DNA from: a virus
Taxonomy: Duplodnaviria; Caudoviricetes
Direction: 5' to 3' (one strand)
IMG/VR virus record: IMGVR_UViG_3300022594_000001
DNA: 64,000 bases
In this document: piece by piece, positions 35,499-45,228 of the stretch
How positions within the stretch are numbered: position 1 is the first letter of the stretch
How the letters are laid out: every line of letters begins with the position of its first letter
The notes under the pieces: generated by a model
The model's input: the letters and a program-made list of their open reading frames with translations, nothing else
Told to the model about the DNA's origin: nothing
Database searches by the model: none
Position numbers and translations under genes: made by a program

Positions 35499-35560
35499 AC
35501 TATATTTAATCGCTACCGCAATTTTGGCTGCTTCGCAGCAGTAGGCATAACTACGCATAT

Positions 35561-36130
35561 ATGTACAAACTATTCAAATTTACACATGCAGAACTACAAC
35601 CTTTATTGGATGAAGTAGCTGTTTTAGAGCAGACTACCCAGTTTGGGCCTGTTGTTAATCACAGGCTGTATTTAGAGTCAAGTAAGCAGTATATGGATCA
35701 GTTCCTAGCACCGCATGTAGCTGAGTTTAATCGCGAGCATAGGTGGCCCTCGGAGCTACAGGTGTTTAGGGCACAGAAGAACTTACGCCTAGAGGACTTG
35801 TGGGTTAACTTTATGGGTCCGGGTACGTGTACGCCCATACACAATCACGGGGGTTGTGTGTCGTGGTGCTTGTGGCTACGTGTGCCCTATGTACGTGCTA
35901 GCGAACTAGCTGCTTGCCCATTTATACCTGAGGGTAATAACATCAACGGCGACTTTGCCTTCCATACTGTTACGGATCGTGGTATTAAGACTCTACCCTT
36001 GGGAGTGGATAAGACTTGGGAAGGTACCCTGGCCATGTGGCCCGCATACCTACATCATAGTGTGTTTCCCTACTATAGCACAGATACCCTACGTGTTAGC
36101 GTAGCAGGCAACTTCTGGTTTGATGTTTAA
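35561..36130 (+). CDS. 2OG-Fe(II) oxygenase
   Basis: LWVNF, PIHNHGG, HSVFPY, RVSVAGN; closest in motifs to 19046/19682. Confidence 0.85.
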   Translation: MYKLFKFTHAELQPLLDEVAVLEQTTQFGPVVNHRLYLESSKQYMDQFLAPHVAEFNREHRWPSELQVFRAQKNLRLEDLWVNFMGPGTCTPIHNHGGCVSWCLWLRVPYVRASELAACPFIPEGNNINGDFAFHTVTDRGIKTLPLGVDKTWEGTLAMWPAYLHHSVFPYYSTDTLRVSVAGNFWFDV

Positions 36131-36351
36131 GAGTAGGCTCTGTATAGGCCCATCAAGCAGACTACAACACCCGCAGCGTTGACTAAGATCTGGGGGGTGT
36201 TTCGTGTTCGATAACTCCACACAAAGTACAAGCTGCCCCCTAGCATACCCATAACGATGTTTAGGGGGTAGGCCTCTGGGTAGAAGCTCATAACTATGTA
36301 CATTGAAATTAGAGCTGTAGTACCCAGCCATTGAAGTATATTATTAATCAT
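36127..36351 (-). CDS. small membrane protein
   Basis: Three hydrophobic segments. Confidence 0.7.
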   Translation of the reverse strand: MINNILQWLGTTALISMYIVMSFYPEAYPLNIVMGMLGGSLYFVWSYRTRNTPQILVNAAGVVVCLMGLYRAYS

Positions 36352-36646
36352 TTTTTAGTGCGTCCCATGCTAGCCCGTGCCAGCGTTCGTTTTTAACATG
36401 TGGGTTATATCTACGATCCCAGTTGTTGTAGTTTTCATCTAAACTGACAACAATATCTTTATCGGATGTGTTCCGCAATGATGTCAATACCATACGCCAG
36501 GGCAGATATCCTGTACCCTTTTTATGACGGTATTTTGATTCAATACGTCTAAACAAACTACCCAGGTCCCAAAACCCTATAGGAGCATCATAGGTTAGAT
36601 AAATCAAGTTTCTATTTGCGTCAATTGACTTAACATAATACGTCAT
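36344..36646 (-). CDS. hypothetical protein
   Basis: GGAGG RBS. Confidence 0.7.
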   Translation of the reverse strand: MTYYVKSIDANRNLIYLTYDAPIGFWDLGSLFRRIESKYRHKKGTGYLPWRMVLTSLRNTSDKDIVVSLDENYNNWDRRYNPHVKNERWHGLAWDALKND

Positions 36647-36672
36647 ATGTTTTAATACCTCCTTTTGTTATA

Positions 36673-36966
36673 TTACCATCTGTCCTTGTATGTTGATGCT
36701 CTTTCGCCATCACGTAGGCCCTGATCGTATCCCTCTGATTGCCCACGGTGATAGCCGTCTTCGTAACCATCATGCTTGCCCTCTGAGTAGCCTTGATGCC
36801 GCCCTGTTTCAAAGCCCTGATCAAACGCTGAGTTAGACTCTTGTTGCAGATCAAAGGCTTGATCCTCTAGAGCAGCCTGTACTAGCTGATCTATGTGTGC
36901 TTGTAGCTGTGCTTGATCCCAGCTACCCACACGTACTAAGAAGTAAATTTCATCAATAGTCATCAT
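36673..36966 (-). CDS. GxxxG-repeat protein
   Basis: GFETG, GYSEG, GYEDG, GYDQG repeats; AAGGAG RBS. Confidence 0.7.
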   Translation of the reverse strand: MMTIDEIYFLVRVGSWDQAQLQAHIDQLVQAALEDQAFDLQQESNSAFDQGFETGRHQGYSEGKHDGYEDGYHRGQSEGYDQGLRDGERASTYKDRW

Positions 36967-37117
36967 AAGCCATTATCTCCTTCTACTGTGTAGGTTAACT
37001 CTTCGCGGGTATCTATCCATTCAGCGCACTTGAGTTTCATCTAGCGTTTGACCCCAACCGCGTTCGCTTTCAATAATGTCTACACGGAATGCTGTGGTTA
37101 GTTGTACTCGTGCCATA

Positions 37118-38074
37118 TTAGTCCTCGCTTTCGTACATTTCGTATTCTGCCTGTTCGGCATCCAATGCTCGTGTAGTAGCCGCAATCAGCACACGATATG
37201 GTTCTGCATCTTGACCTTGACTACCTTCATGTCCTGCAGGAATCCAGCTCTTGCGAGTGCGTTCCATAAACGCATCAATAAAGATAGCTTTAATATGTTC
37301 TGTAAGAACGGCTTCCAGTTCCAGTATTTGATCCTCTGTGGGCACATCGTCTTTGCCAAACAAGTCAAAGAACACATGACGCAAGTCCACAATGCGGCTG
37401 TAACGATAGCTGTCATTACGCAACCAACTAGCAGCTAGGTTTTCGTAGTCACGGCCAAACATATATTCAAATCCGCCCAACAGTTTGTAGGAAATGTCTT
37501 GTTCTGTGGCCTTGGCTTTAACAACCATGTCCATAACTTCCTGCAACATGGGCAGGATATCTGCAACAATGTCTGCAAACTTGTACTGGATGTAATTGTT
37601 TTCCCACCCGCACGTGCCTTTGCCGTCACCTACGTATTTTTCAATCACATAGTTCTCTAGGATATCATCCACAATGTCTTTGCGGAACATTACATACTCG
37701 AGTTTAGTAGGAGATTCTGGTGTGTAACGATTCTCTTTGAACAATCGTCCTTCATGCACTGCTTCAAAGAACAGGGCTTCATCAAATTTGTCTTTTTTGA
37801 CAGCGATGTCGTGAAATTCGTTTTCACCTTGTTCCATTTCGTGTAGACATTCTTTGATCGCATTCATCACGATTGGAAGTGTGACACCCGAACTGTTTTC
37901 ACCACCACCGTAGTCGTTGTATTCGGTTACGAAAGGTAGGAGCAAGGGCTTGTAAAGATGTGTAGCATAGCAATGGCTATCTTCATTGCCGGGTTCCAAT
38001 ACAAACACGTATGCTTCTGTGCCGTGTGTGATATGGAGGTTACTCAAACCGCAAGTTTTGTGCCAGCATCCCAT
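37118..38074 (-). CDS. hypothetical protein
   Basis: 318 aa, MGCWHKTCGLS; TTGACT-17-TATAAT at 38134-38106. Confidence 0.85.
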   Translation of the reverse strand: MGCWHKTCGLSNLHITHGTEAYVFVLEPGNEDSHCYATHLYKPLLLPFVTEYNDYGGGENSSGVTLPIVMNAIKECLHEMEQGENEFHDIAVKKDKFDEALFFEAVHEGRLFKENRYTPESPTKLEYVMFRKDIVDDILENYVIEKYVGDGKGTCGWENNYIQYKFADIVADILPMLQEVMDMVVKAKATEQDISYKLLGGFEYMFGRDYENLAASWLRNDSYRYSRIVDLRHVFFDLFGKDDVPTEDQILELEAVLTEHIKAIFIDAFMERTRKSWIPAGHEGSQGQDAEPYRVLIAATTRALDAEQAEYEMYESED

Positions 38075-38145
38075 TGTGTCCTACTTTCTGTGTGTTAGTG
38101 AGCCTATTATAAGCTCAAATAATAGTTGAGTCAACCAAAGGGTTT

Positions 38146-38406
38146 TTAACCCCAATCTTTCTTATCACCGAATCGTTCGTTATACATATAACCAGCCATG
38201 TATTCGGCACGTTCGGATGGGTTTAGATCAGTAATCATTTCACCTTTGCCCGAGCCTTCCGGGTACCAATGCGGGCTAGGTGGTCTGCCGTAATAGCTGT
38301 CAGCTGACCCACGATCATACAAGCCACCGTGACGCTTACGATCGAATTGCTCTCCTTGCAGGTCACGCCACATTTGTTCTTTGTCACTAAACTTTTCATA
38401 GTGCAT
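38146..38406 (-). CDS. hypothetical protein
   Basis: HGGLYDRGSADSYYGR, YMAGY. Confidence 0.75.
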   Translation of the reverse strand: MHYEKFSDKEQMWRDLQGEQFDRKRHGGLYDRGSADSYYGRPPSPHWYPEGSGKGEMITDLNPSERAEYMAGYMYNERFGDKKDWG

Positions 38407-38407
38407 A

Positions 38408-38623
38408 TTAGAATCCATTCCTGTTATATACAACAGGCATTTCGCAAATATACTCGCCCGTGTATGTATGTTTAATTAAATTACAATCACCACCTGATAC
38501 TGCTGAACCTACATGATCACCGATGCCCTTGCCTGTAGCAGCATAGGTACCTACACTGGCTACAGTATATACAGCACAACCTTGTTGTAAGGCTGCTAGT
38601 ATAATTACAAGGGCAAGGCGCAT
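38408..38623 (-). CDS. putative lipoprotein
   Basis: Hydrophobic N-terminus, LQQGC lipobox-like. Confidence 0.55.
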   Translation of the reverse strand: MRLALVIILAALQQGCAVYTVASVGTYAATGKGIGDHVGSAVSGGDCNLIKHTYTGEYICEMPVVYNRNGF

Positions 38624-38835
38624 TACTTGCTGCTAGAGCTAGACTTAAACAAAAGCCCACACAGGATCATAATACCCCATGCTTGCAGCCATTCGATAGG
38701 CTTGATGCCTGGAATAGCGTCTACTAGACAACCGTTCCACAGGAGCATTACTGGATAGCTGAGCAGTAAGCCGAAGAACACAATGATCATCACAGCCAAC
38801 ATGACTGTGCCAAGAACTTTAATTAGAGTTTCCAT
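38623..38835 (-). CDS. small membrane protein
   Basis: Two TM segments. Confidence 0.7.
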   Translation of the reverse strand: METLIKVLGTVMLAVMIIVFFGLLLSYPVMLLWNGCLVDAIPGIKPIEWLQAWGIMILCGLLFKSSSSSK

Positions 38836-38847
38836 TTGATTTCCTTT

Positions 38848-39081
38848 TTAACGATCCATGTCATAGTCGTAGTCGGCGCCACTGCTAATGCAATCTTCCA
38901 TAGCAGCTTCGTTGATTACGTCTGAGTAATTATAGCTGAGTCCTTCTAGTTCATCATCTGTTAAAGGAGTGCCGTCTTCGTATTCGGCATAGCTAAAGTA
39001 AGCATCACAAAAGTCCGGATAGTCTGAACTATCAACACCGTCAATCTCCCAGTTCTTAATTTCTCTGCCATTAAGTTTCAT
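38848..39081 (-). CDS. small acidic protein
   Basis: DYPDFCDAY..LTDDELE; GGAG RBS. Confidence 0.8.
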   Translation of the reverse strand: MKLNGREIKNWEIDGVDSSDYPDFCDAYFSYAEYEDGTPLTDDELEGLSYNYSDVINEAAMEDCISSGADYDYDMDR

Positions 39082-39110
39082 AACAACTCCTATAAGTTAA
39101 CTAAAACCAT

Positions 39111-39171
39111 ATTATACGCTCAAAATACTTGCAAGTCAATGGTTGACGACAAATTGATTTGAGCTTATACT
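39111..39171. promoter_or_regulatory. back-to-back divergent sigma70-type promoters
   Basis: Minus TTGACT-17-TATAAT (39139-39111); plus TTGACG-17-TATACT (39143-39171). Confidence 0.85.
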
Positions 39172-39177
39172 GCGCCC

Positions 39178-39606
39178 ATGACTGATAAATTACATCCTTG
39201 GCAAGAAAAGTTTCTAGTAGACATAGAGTCTGGCGGAATCAAGCCGGGTGAGATGATGGGTGTAATGATGGTAGGACGCAACACAGGCAAAAGCATCTTT
39301 AATTCTGCTTATATTAAACAGCTATTGGAATCACTAACTGTAAAGCAGCCAATATCCGAAATCCAATTGGATACGGGTACTGTTTACGGTGCTCGCTATT
39401 ATACAGCAGGACCTGTAGGCGGTGATTGGAAGGAAATGGAACAGTGGTGTTTAGATACATTTGGCCCGCATGGCGGCGCTATATGGGGAGCAGATCCTAA
39501 GAAAGCACCACTGCCTAATGAGCGTTGGTACATGAACAATAGTAAATTTTGGTTTCGTGATCCTAAGGATCGTGATTGGTTTGTAATGAGATGGAGTGCA
39601 TCATGA
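39178..39606 (+). CDS. FxLRW-family protein, leaderless
   Basis: EQWCLDTFGP..WFVMRWS. Confidence 0.75.
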   Translation: MTDKLHPWQEKFLVDIESGGIKPGEMMGVMMVGRNTGKSIFNSAYIKQLLESLTVKQPISEIQLDTGTVYGARYYTAGPVGGDWKEMEQWCLDTFGPHGGAIWGADPKKAPLPNERWYMNNSKFWFRDPKDRDWFVMRWSAS

Positions 39607-40010
39607 AGAAAGTATATCTGATTCGCGAAAGCGATTTTAAACGTTACCAAAAGGTTGACGCCAAAGATTGGGACACTATGGAGTTTAAACCTGTAACACG
39701 CGAGTGGCTACAGAAACAGGCTAACTGGTTTACTCTTAAGGGTACCAAACATATTGCTACTCAGTATCGTCACTGGCAGTATCCACACGAGTGGGTTCGT
39801 CGTACAAACATTCATAAGTTTCAAAACAACTACGACAACTGGCTGTATCGTTATGACGAGCAGGGTGTGCTGCGTGTTCGTGCTAGCCTAGGACACTCAG
39901 AAACTGTTATGGGATTAGGTATCTTTGAAAAGATAGAAGTCGTGTTAGATGACTCTATGCTGCCCGAACCACTGCTTGAAGTTGATGACGGGAAGGTCCT
40001 AGTAGAATGA
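39603..40010 (+). CDS. hypothetical protein
   Basis: Coupled ORF. Confidence 0.7.
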   Translation: MKKVYLIRESDFKRYQKVDAKDWDTMEFKPVTREWLQKQANWFTLKGTKHIATQYRHWQYPHEWVRRTNIHKFQNNYDNWLYRYDEQGVLRVRASLGHSETVMGLGIFEKIEVVLDDSMLPEPLLEVDDGKVLVE

Positions 40011-40228
40011 TTACTACTGAGCGCAAGAGCAAATACAAGCACAAGATCACTATTCCTGACTTGAAGATTAGTCAAGAAGAGGAAATGATCAACTGGTGTG
40101 AACAAACATTTGGGCCTGGTGGCCGCAAGTGGCGCTGGCGCTTTGGGTGGATTAAACAAGACAGCACCTTTTACTTTAAGAATCCTAAAGATGCTATGAT
40201 GTTTGTCTTACGGTGGTCGAATGCCTGA
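40007..40228 (+). CDS. FxLRW-family protein
   Basis: NWCEQTFGP..MFVLRWS. Confidence 0.8.
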   Translation: MITTERKSKYKHKITIPDLKISQEEEMINWCEQTFGPGGRKWRWRFGWIKQDSTFYFKNPKDAMMFVLRWSNA

Positions 40229-40460
40229 CAAGTTTCGTATCGAAGTAGGACGGCCTTGGCAAGAGCCTTGGCCTGTTTACTTTGAAAACTTCTATCATGC
40301 TTGTCAAAGCATTGCAATGAAGAACGACTGGCATATAGATACAGTGTGTAACTATCAGCTAAAGCCACACGGCAAGTTGATCAAAACTAAAACACAAGGT
40401 TGGTACTTGCGTTGGGATGACGAAAAGTATCACAACATGTTTGTATTGAGGTGGTCATGA
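40221..40460 (+). CDS. FxLRW-family protein
   Basis: MFVLRWS. Confidence 0.75.
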   Translation: MPDKFRIEVGRPWQEPWPVYFENFYHACQSIAMKNDWHIDTVCNYQLKPHGKLIKTKTQGWYLRWDDEKYHNMFVLRWS

Positions 40461-40747
40461 CTGGATTTAAAAGCAAACAAGCAATGTCAGCAGGAGCATT
40501 TTACGCTCCTTACATTCCTGCGATAGTACTAAAAAAACAAAAGTTCAGCCGCGCCAAGTGGTATGAAGCAGATTTGTGGAACTCGGGGTACAAGATGGAT
40601 GAAGTTCGTGAGTGGTGTGTGAGTCAGTATGGCCCACAGGACTATTCACCCAACGCATGGAGTCGTTGGACTAACCACTATAATTCAACGTTTCGGTTCC
40701 GTGACGAAAAAGACTATCACTGGTTTGTATTAAGGTGGAGCAACTAA
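40457..40747 (+). CDS. FxLRW-family protein
   Basis: EWCVSQYGP..WFVLRWS. Confidence 0.8.
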   Translation: MTGFKSKQAMSAGAFYAPYIPAIVLKKQKFSRAKWYEADLWNSGYKMDEVREWCVSQYGPQDYSPNAWSRWTNHYNSTFRFRDEKDYHWFVLRWSN

Positions 40748-41034
40748 TGGAATACTTCTACAGCGGAGGAGGTAACAGCAATCCAGATTTTATCTATCGC
40801 TTTGAAGTTAAAGAGATCCCAGATGAAATGTGGAAGTGGTGTGAGGACTATCCGTTGACTGGTCCGTTTGAACGCTGGCATGTCCAGCACAGATCTAAAA
40901 TAGCACGTCTTGATAATCCTATCATTACATTTGAAAGTAGCAAAGCCGCCTACATGTTTAGTATAACATTTAGCGAATATATTTTAGCAGACAGAACATA
41001 TAGTTTTGCAAGGAAGTACAATGAAAATTCTTAA
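40747..41034 (+). CDS. FxLRW-family protein (divergent)
   Basis: KWCEDYP..MFSITFS. Confidence 0.7.
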   Translation: MEYFYSGGGNSNPDFIYRFEVKEIPDEMWKWCEDYPLTGPFERWHVQHRSKIARLDNPIITFESSKAAYMFSITFSEYILADRTYSFARKYNENS

Positions 41035-41239
41035 AAAGGATTATTGGACTCCTATTGTAGACTACTACTACGATCACGTACATTGGGCAGAAGAAAACCC
41101 GCCGAGTATTTACGGATGGCTTAAACGAGAGTATAATGCACATTCGAGCCTAACAAATCCCTGCATACATTTTGATCACGAAAAGGACTACATGTGGTTT
41201 ATGCTGCGCTGGAGTGAACAATGCGAGAAATCAATTTAG
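41021..41239 (+). CDS. FxLRW-family protein
   Basis: WFMLRWS. Confidence 0.75.
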   Translation: MKILKKDYWTPIVDYYYDHVHWAEENPPSIYGWLKREYNAHSSLTNPCIHFDHEKDYMWFMLRWSEQCEKSI

Positions 41240-41460
41240 AAGATACAAGATTCTATCAACTCCTTAACAAAATGTACAAGGAGTTTAATCCCGACGAAAG
41301 CTCAGATCAAGTCATTCCTTTTGCGGACCACGTAAGGCACAAGTATGGTATCTACATTAACATTCGTCCTAACACTGAACGTGGCGAAGGCTATGAATTA
41401 ACTCGTGTGTTTGTAGAAAACGAAGCTAGATATAATTGGCTAATAATGGAGTGGACATGA
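41221..41460 (+). CDS. FxLRW-family protein (divergent)
   Basis: YNWLIMEWT. Confidence 0.65.
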   Translation: MREINLEDTRFYQLLNKMYKEFNPDESSDQVIPFADHVRHKYGIYINIRPNTERGEGYELTRVFVENEARYNWLIMEWT

Positions 41461-41744
41461 GTAGATATAGCATACATCCTATAGAAGAAAAGTTTCAGCA
41501 ATGGGACAAAGAACAACGTGCAAGGCGTGATCAATATTGGAATGCATTACATCTAATGCGTGATGATTACATGGAAGAGAATAAAGGGCTGCTTGATCCA
41601 ACTGTACGACCTACATTGCATTATTATGCAGAGCTCAAGTATGGCATTAAGATGGGCTTAGATGGGCAAGGTAACTATACGAAAGACTATACAGTAGTTG
41701 ACCCTAAGAAGTTTATGTTCTTTCAACTCAAGTTTATGAAATGA
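41457..41744 (+). CDS. FxLRW-family protein (divergent)
   Basis: MFFQLKFM. Confidence 0.7.
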   Translation: MSRYSIHPIEEKFQQWDKEQRARRDQYWNALHLMRDDYMEENKGLLDPTVRPTLHYYAELKYGIKMGLDGQGNYTKDYTVVDPKKFMFFQLKFMK

Positions 41745-42034
41745 AAATAGTATGGGGCAGAAGCCTAGGATGGAACATGAGCTTTAACGGTATGGAAAAA
41801 TTTGGCAAGGGCACGTTTACACCTATGACAATAACAGAGAGAATATATGATGGGCCGGACTGCTATCATTGGATGGCAGTATTTGCATGGCTACCTTGCC
41901 GAACTGTTAGCGGAAAGTGGGTGTGGTTGCGTAAAATATACAAACGTAAGTTCTGGGTCATATGGGGCACAGGATTTCATATGGAGCCGCATGTAGAATA
42001 CGGCACATTGTTTGACATGTTAAATTATGAATAA
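41741..42034 (+). CDS. Trp-rich hypothetical protein
   Basis: FAWLPCRTVSGKWVWL. Confidence 0.75.
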   Translation: MKIVWGRSLGWNMSFNGMEKFGKGTFTPMTITERIYDGPDCYHWMAVFAWLPCRTVSGKWVWLRKIYKRKFWVIWGTGFHMEPHVEYGTLFDMLNYE

Positions 42035-42395
42035 AGAAACTGACCAATTTTTACACAACTATGAAGCACATGCTAGTCTAAGCGATCGTAAACAATATGC
42101 TCGCCGTGCACCAATTAGTGTTAGCGATTATCATAGATTTCATACGTCTCTAGACGTGTATGATTATGAGTCATACATTCAACGTGAGCCATATGTAGAA
42201 ATGTATATACCGCAGCACAAGTTTCAGGAATTAGTAGAACGTGAGAAATACTATACAGCAATGTCACAACAAGTAGACTATGCTTCGGAAGTGATTAGAC
42301 AACAAATTAGTGATGATGCTGTGAGAAAGACTAATCCTGCGGTGCAGATCGCATACGAGAAGTATCAGATGTTATTAGAAATATCGAGGAAATAA
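42027..42395 (+). CDS. hypothetical protein
   Basis: VRKTNPAVQIAYEKYQMLL. Confidence 0.8.
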   Translation: MNKETDQFLHNYEAHASLSDRKQYARRAPISVSDYHRFHTSLDVYDYESYIQREPYVEMYIPQHKFQELVEREKYYTAMSQQVDYASEVIRQQISDDAVRKTNPAVQIAYEKYQMLLEISRK

Positions 42396-42396
42396 T

Positions 42397-42795
42397 ATGA
42401 TTAAAGGATTGATGGGCGGTCAAGGTGTAGTAGTCAATGGTGGTAATACTAGTTTACCGTATGTAAACATGAGCAACAGTTACGGTAACAACGGCAATCC
42501 GATGCAAGGAATGATGCGTATCAACGGCACAGACATACAAGTGTTTGACGGAAGTACATGGATGAACATAGCGGCTAGCTATGCTACTGTAGAGCTTAGT
42601 GGCGATACCCAAAGCATATTACAATGGGCACGTGAGCAACGTGACAAACAGTTTAAGCGTGAACAGCTGATGAAGAACAATCCTGCACTACAAAAGGCTA
42701 TGGACGCTATACATAGAGCAGAGGCTAACTTCGACATTTTATCAAAGTTTGTGGAGAATGATAATGACCTCAGCGAAGTACAATCAAGTCCTTGA
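42397..42795 (+). CDS. hypothetical protein
   Basis: QGMMRING..NPALQKA. Confidence 0.8.
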   Translation: MIKGLMGGQGVVVNGGNTSLPYVNMSNSYGNNGNPMQGMMRINGTDIQVFDGSTWMNIAASYATVELSGDTQSILQWAREQRDKQFKREQLMKNNPALQKAMDAIHRAEANFDILSKFVENDNDLSEVQSSP

Positions 42796-43084
42796 GTCAG
42801 GCGGTACTCTTAAAGAGCCGTTTAACATTCCTGTTGAATCAGCTAACTCAATCCGAGATTATATGTTAAGTTTCCCCTATCACATAGTAGTCAATCTTGG
42901 CAAAGTCTACACATCAGAGTTCAAAGAGTTTAATCGTTGGTGCGAGGCAAATTTGGGTAAAAAGTACAAGGATTGGTTCTTAATTGGACGGCCCGGTGAG
43001 TATACTTTGTACTTAAAAGATAACAAACGATCAATGTTCCTTGCGTTAAAGTATTCTGAGTCAATTGACAATACAAACATTTGA
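42749..43084 (+). CDS. FxLRW-family protein (start uncertain)
   Basis: RWCEANLG..MFLALKYS. Confidence 0.7.
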   Translation: MWRMIMTSAKYNQVLESGGTLKEPFNIPVESANSIRDYMLSFPYHIVVNLGKVYTSEFKEFNRWCEANLGKKYKDWFLIGRPGEYTLYLKDNKRSMFLALKYSESIDNTNI

Positions 43085-43099
43085 TGTTATCATGCATCT

Positions 43100-43324
43100 A
43101 TGATTACAAAATCCAAACGTGAAATTAAAGCAGTCCGTCGAGGTGATGATAACTTCTGGCTGAGTGATGGAATGGTTAGATATCCTCGTGCAATGATGCA
43201 CATCACACCAGATTGTCCTGCAGATATTGCACAGCAAATACACAAGGCCGAGCGTGAAGGTTGGCTTAAAGCAGTGGCGTATGTTCAAGGAAAGGAACTG
43301 ACGTGGCAAGAATTGACAAAATGA
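43100..43324 (+). CDS. hypothetical protein, leaderless
   Basis: TTGACA-17-TATCAT then 6 nt to ATG. Confidence 0.8.
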   Translation: MITKSKREIKAVRRGDDNFWLSDGMVRYPRAMMHITPDCPADIAQQIHKAEREGWLKAVAYVQGKELTWQELTK

Positions 43325-43479
43325 CTTTTCGTAATTGGTGTAATGACAAGTGGTATGAACACAGGGACGAGCTAGAAAGCTACGGCGAGAGTTTGCCTTA
43401 CACTGCACAGGAATATTTTGCCAAGTACAAATACTGGCTAAAGCGTGAATATAAACATCAAAGGAATGATAATGTTTGA
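43321..43479 (+). CDS. small hypothetical protein (52 aa)
   Basis: MTFRNWCNDKWYEH..YWLKREY, coupled overlaps. Confidence 0.7.
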   Translation: MTFRNWCNDKWYEHRDELESYGESLPYTAQEYFAKYKYWLKREYKHQRNDNV

Positions 43480-43840
43480 TAGTATTTTTATTTTAATAGG
43501 TGCCTTGTTTATCAAGCACTGGTATATTGACTTTGTCAATCAGTCAATGGAAGAAGTTAATGGCAAGGGCATTTATGGCAACGCACACGGGTTGATGCAC
43601 AGTATCAAACACGGTGTTGCTACATTCCTAATCTTTTGTTGGTTCACACATGAGTTTTCGTTTAGTGTTATTATTGCGCTTATTGACTTTGCCCTACACT
43701 ATCACATTGACTGGGCAAAAATTAATATCAACAAGCGTTGGAACTACACTGTAGAGGATCCCAAGTTCTGGGCATGGCTTGGAGCCGATCAGCTAGCACA
43801 TTCACTAACCTATTTGATGCTAGTATGGCTAACAGTCTAA
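43472..43840 (+). CDS. DUF3307-like membrane protein
   Basis: KHWYIDF, HSIKHG, HYHIDWAK, DQLAH. Confidence 0.7.
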   Translation: MFDSIFILIGALFIKHWYIDFVNQSMEEVNGKGIYGNAHGLMHSIKHGVATFLIFCWFTHEFSFSVIIALIDFALHYHIDWAKININKRWNYTVEDPKFWAWLGADQLAHSLTYLMLVWLTV

Positions 43841-44037
43841 CCCGTATTCAAGAGCTGCTCAACGAAGAAGCTAAAATGGCTAACAACGGAATGGATAAAG
43901 AACATCCGTTCCGTAAAATCATCTTAACAGAAATACGACAGCTTCGCGGCGATGTAACTCCTGCGTGTTTCGGGGAAGATGATTGCTCTACACACATATT
44001 ATCTATGTGTCCTTTTAGAATGGATTGTGGAAGCTAG
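43825..44037 (+). CDS. small Cys-tailed protein
   Basis: CFGEDDCS..CPFRMDC. Confidence 0.6.
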   Translation: MANSLTRIQELLNEEAKMANNGMDKEHPFRKIILTEIRQLRGDVTPACFGEDDCSTHILSMCPFRMDCGS

Positions 44038-44038
44038 T

Positions 44039-44440
44039 ATGAAACAACTTAACGAATACAGCAAACATAAGTTTAACTTTGGTATGGCTCACTGGAAAGT
44101 TCCTAGAGACTTTGCTGAACCTATGTACAACTATCTAGTCTACGGGTTTAGTCCTGGTAGTTTCTTTACGGCTGTTCTAGCTAATGACTTTATGAGTGCA
44201 GTGGCACGTAGTCATCCAGGTAATACAATGCCTGCACTTAAAAATCTAACTGGTTGGATACGTGATCATATGCCTAGACAAGCATGGGGCACGTACGAAG
44301 CTGTTGAAGAATGGACTAAACTTTCTTGGGAAGAGCGTAGACCTATACTTGAAGCTAAGAATTTGATATACAGTGAAAAGGATGAAACTTGGCTGACTAT
44401 TAAAGGTGACCCTACACACGATCCAATGGAGATGTTTTAA
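44039..44440 (+). CDS. hypothetical protein
   Basis: PGSFFTAVLAND, AWGTYEAV. Confidence 0.8.
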   Translation: MKQLNEYSKHKFNFGMAHWKVPRDFAEPMYNYLVYGFSPGSFFTAVLANDFMSAVARSHPGNTMPALKNLTGWIRDHMPRQAWGTYEAVEEWTKLSWEERRPILEAKNLIYSEKDETWLTIKGDPTHDPMEMF

Positions 44441-44628
44441 TGTTCAACGAAAAAATTAAAGAACTAATGAAGACAGCAGGATACGCTGCTCCTGAAATTG
44501 CAAGTCGTGCTCAGTTACTCAGCGAGCTAATCATCGACGATTGCATTCACACATTACGTAACAATGGTTATGATGATGCCGCACAGTGTTTACATGATGT
44601 ACACTTTGGCATAGATGATGCAGTATGA
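44440..44628 (+). CDS. hypothetical protein
   Basis: Coupled ORF. Confidence 0.65.
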   Translation: MFNEKIKELMKTAGYAAPEIASRAQLLSELIIDDCIHTLRNNGYDDAAQCLHDVHFGIDDAV

Positions 44629-44828
44629 ATGAAAAAGAAAACACATTCCGTACACTAGCAGAACAGCCGCTTTTAGTTAAAAGTCGCTGGTGTATGTTTG
44701 GCTGGCATCGTTGGACACAATACAGTGCTCCTAAACATCGAAGAGAAGGTGTTTATGAAGTTGACTATCAGTCTCGTCAATGTGCTAGCTGTAATTTGTT
44801 TGACGTGAAGATATTACGGAGAGTATAA
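44625..44828 (+). CDS. hypothetical protein (Cys/His motif)
   Basis: WCMFGWHRW..CASC. Confidence 0.7.
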   Translation: MNEKENTFRTLAEQPLLVKSRWCMFGWHRWTQYSAPKHRREGVYEVDYQSRQCASCNLFDVKILRRV

Positions 44829-45070
44829 TGAAAGAAATTCCGGTACATAAAGATAAACTTGGTCGTCTTATTAGTTTAGGCGACTTTGTTGCTTACCCTA
44901 GCCAGAACAGTTTAGAGTTTGGTAAAGTAGAAAAGCTGAATAATAAAATGGTAGGCGTTATTCCTGCTGTCAGCAAACGTCCAATTTATAAAAATACAAA
45001 CAAGTATCCGCATGATCTAGTTCGCTTAGAAGCTAGCGATATGACTTGGTACATTTTAAAGAATAGTTAA
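44828..45070 (+). CDS. hypothetical protein
   Basis: HKDKLGRLISLGDFVAY. Confidence 0.75.
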   Translation: MKEIPVHKDKLGRLISLGDFVAYPSQNSLEFGKVEKLNNKMVGVIPAVSKRPIYKNTNKYPHDLVRLEASDMTWYILKNS

Positions 45071-45228
45071 TATGGACTTGCGAAAACTGCTTATTGAACG
45101 TATAATGTTTGTTCTTACCAAAGAAGAACTAGTAGAACGCTATATGGCTACAGAAAACGACTTGTTAACTATGGATGCTTGTGATCTATTAGAGCTTTAT
45201 GAACATTGTTTTTTAATGATTGATTAAT

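Noticed and set aside
37021-37116. 31-aa ORF MARVQLTTAFRVDIIESERGWGQTLDETQVR, possibly a truncated gene
   Set aside because: Plausible start context, but pseudogene status needs homologue alignment that I cannot run
39178-39330. P-loop-like GRNTGKS at the N-terminus of the 39178 ORF
   Set aside because: No Walker B or remaining ATPase fold; at most a remnant
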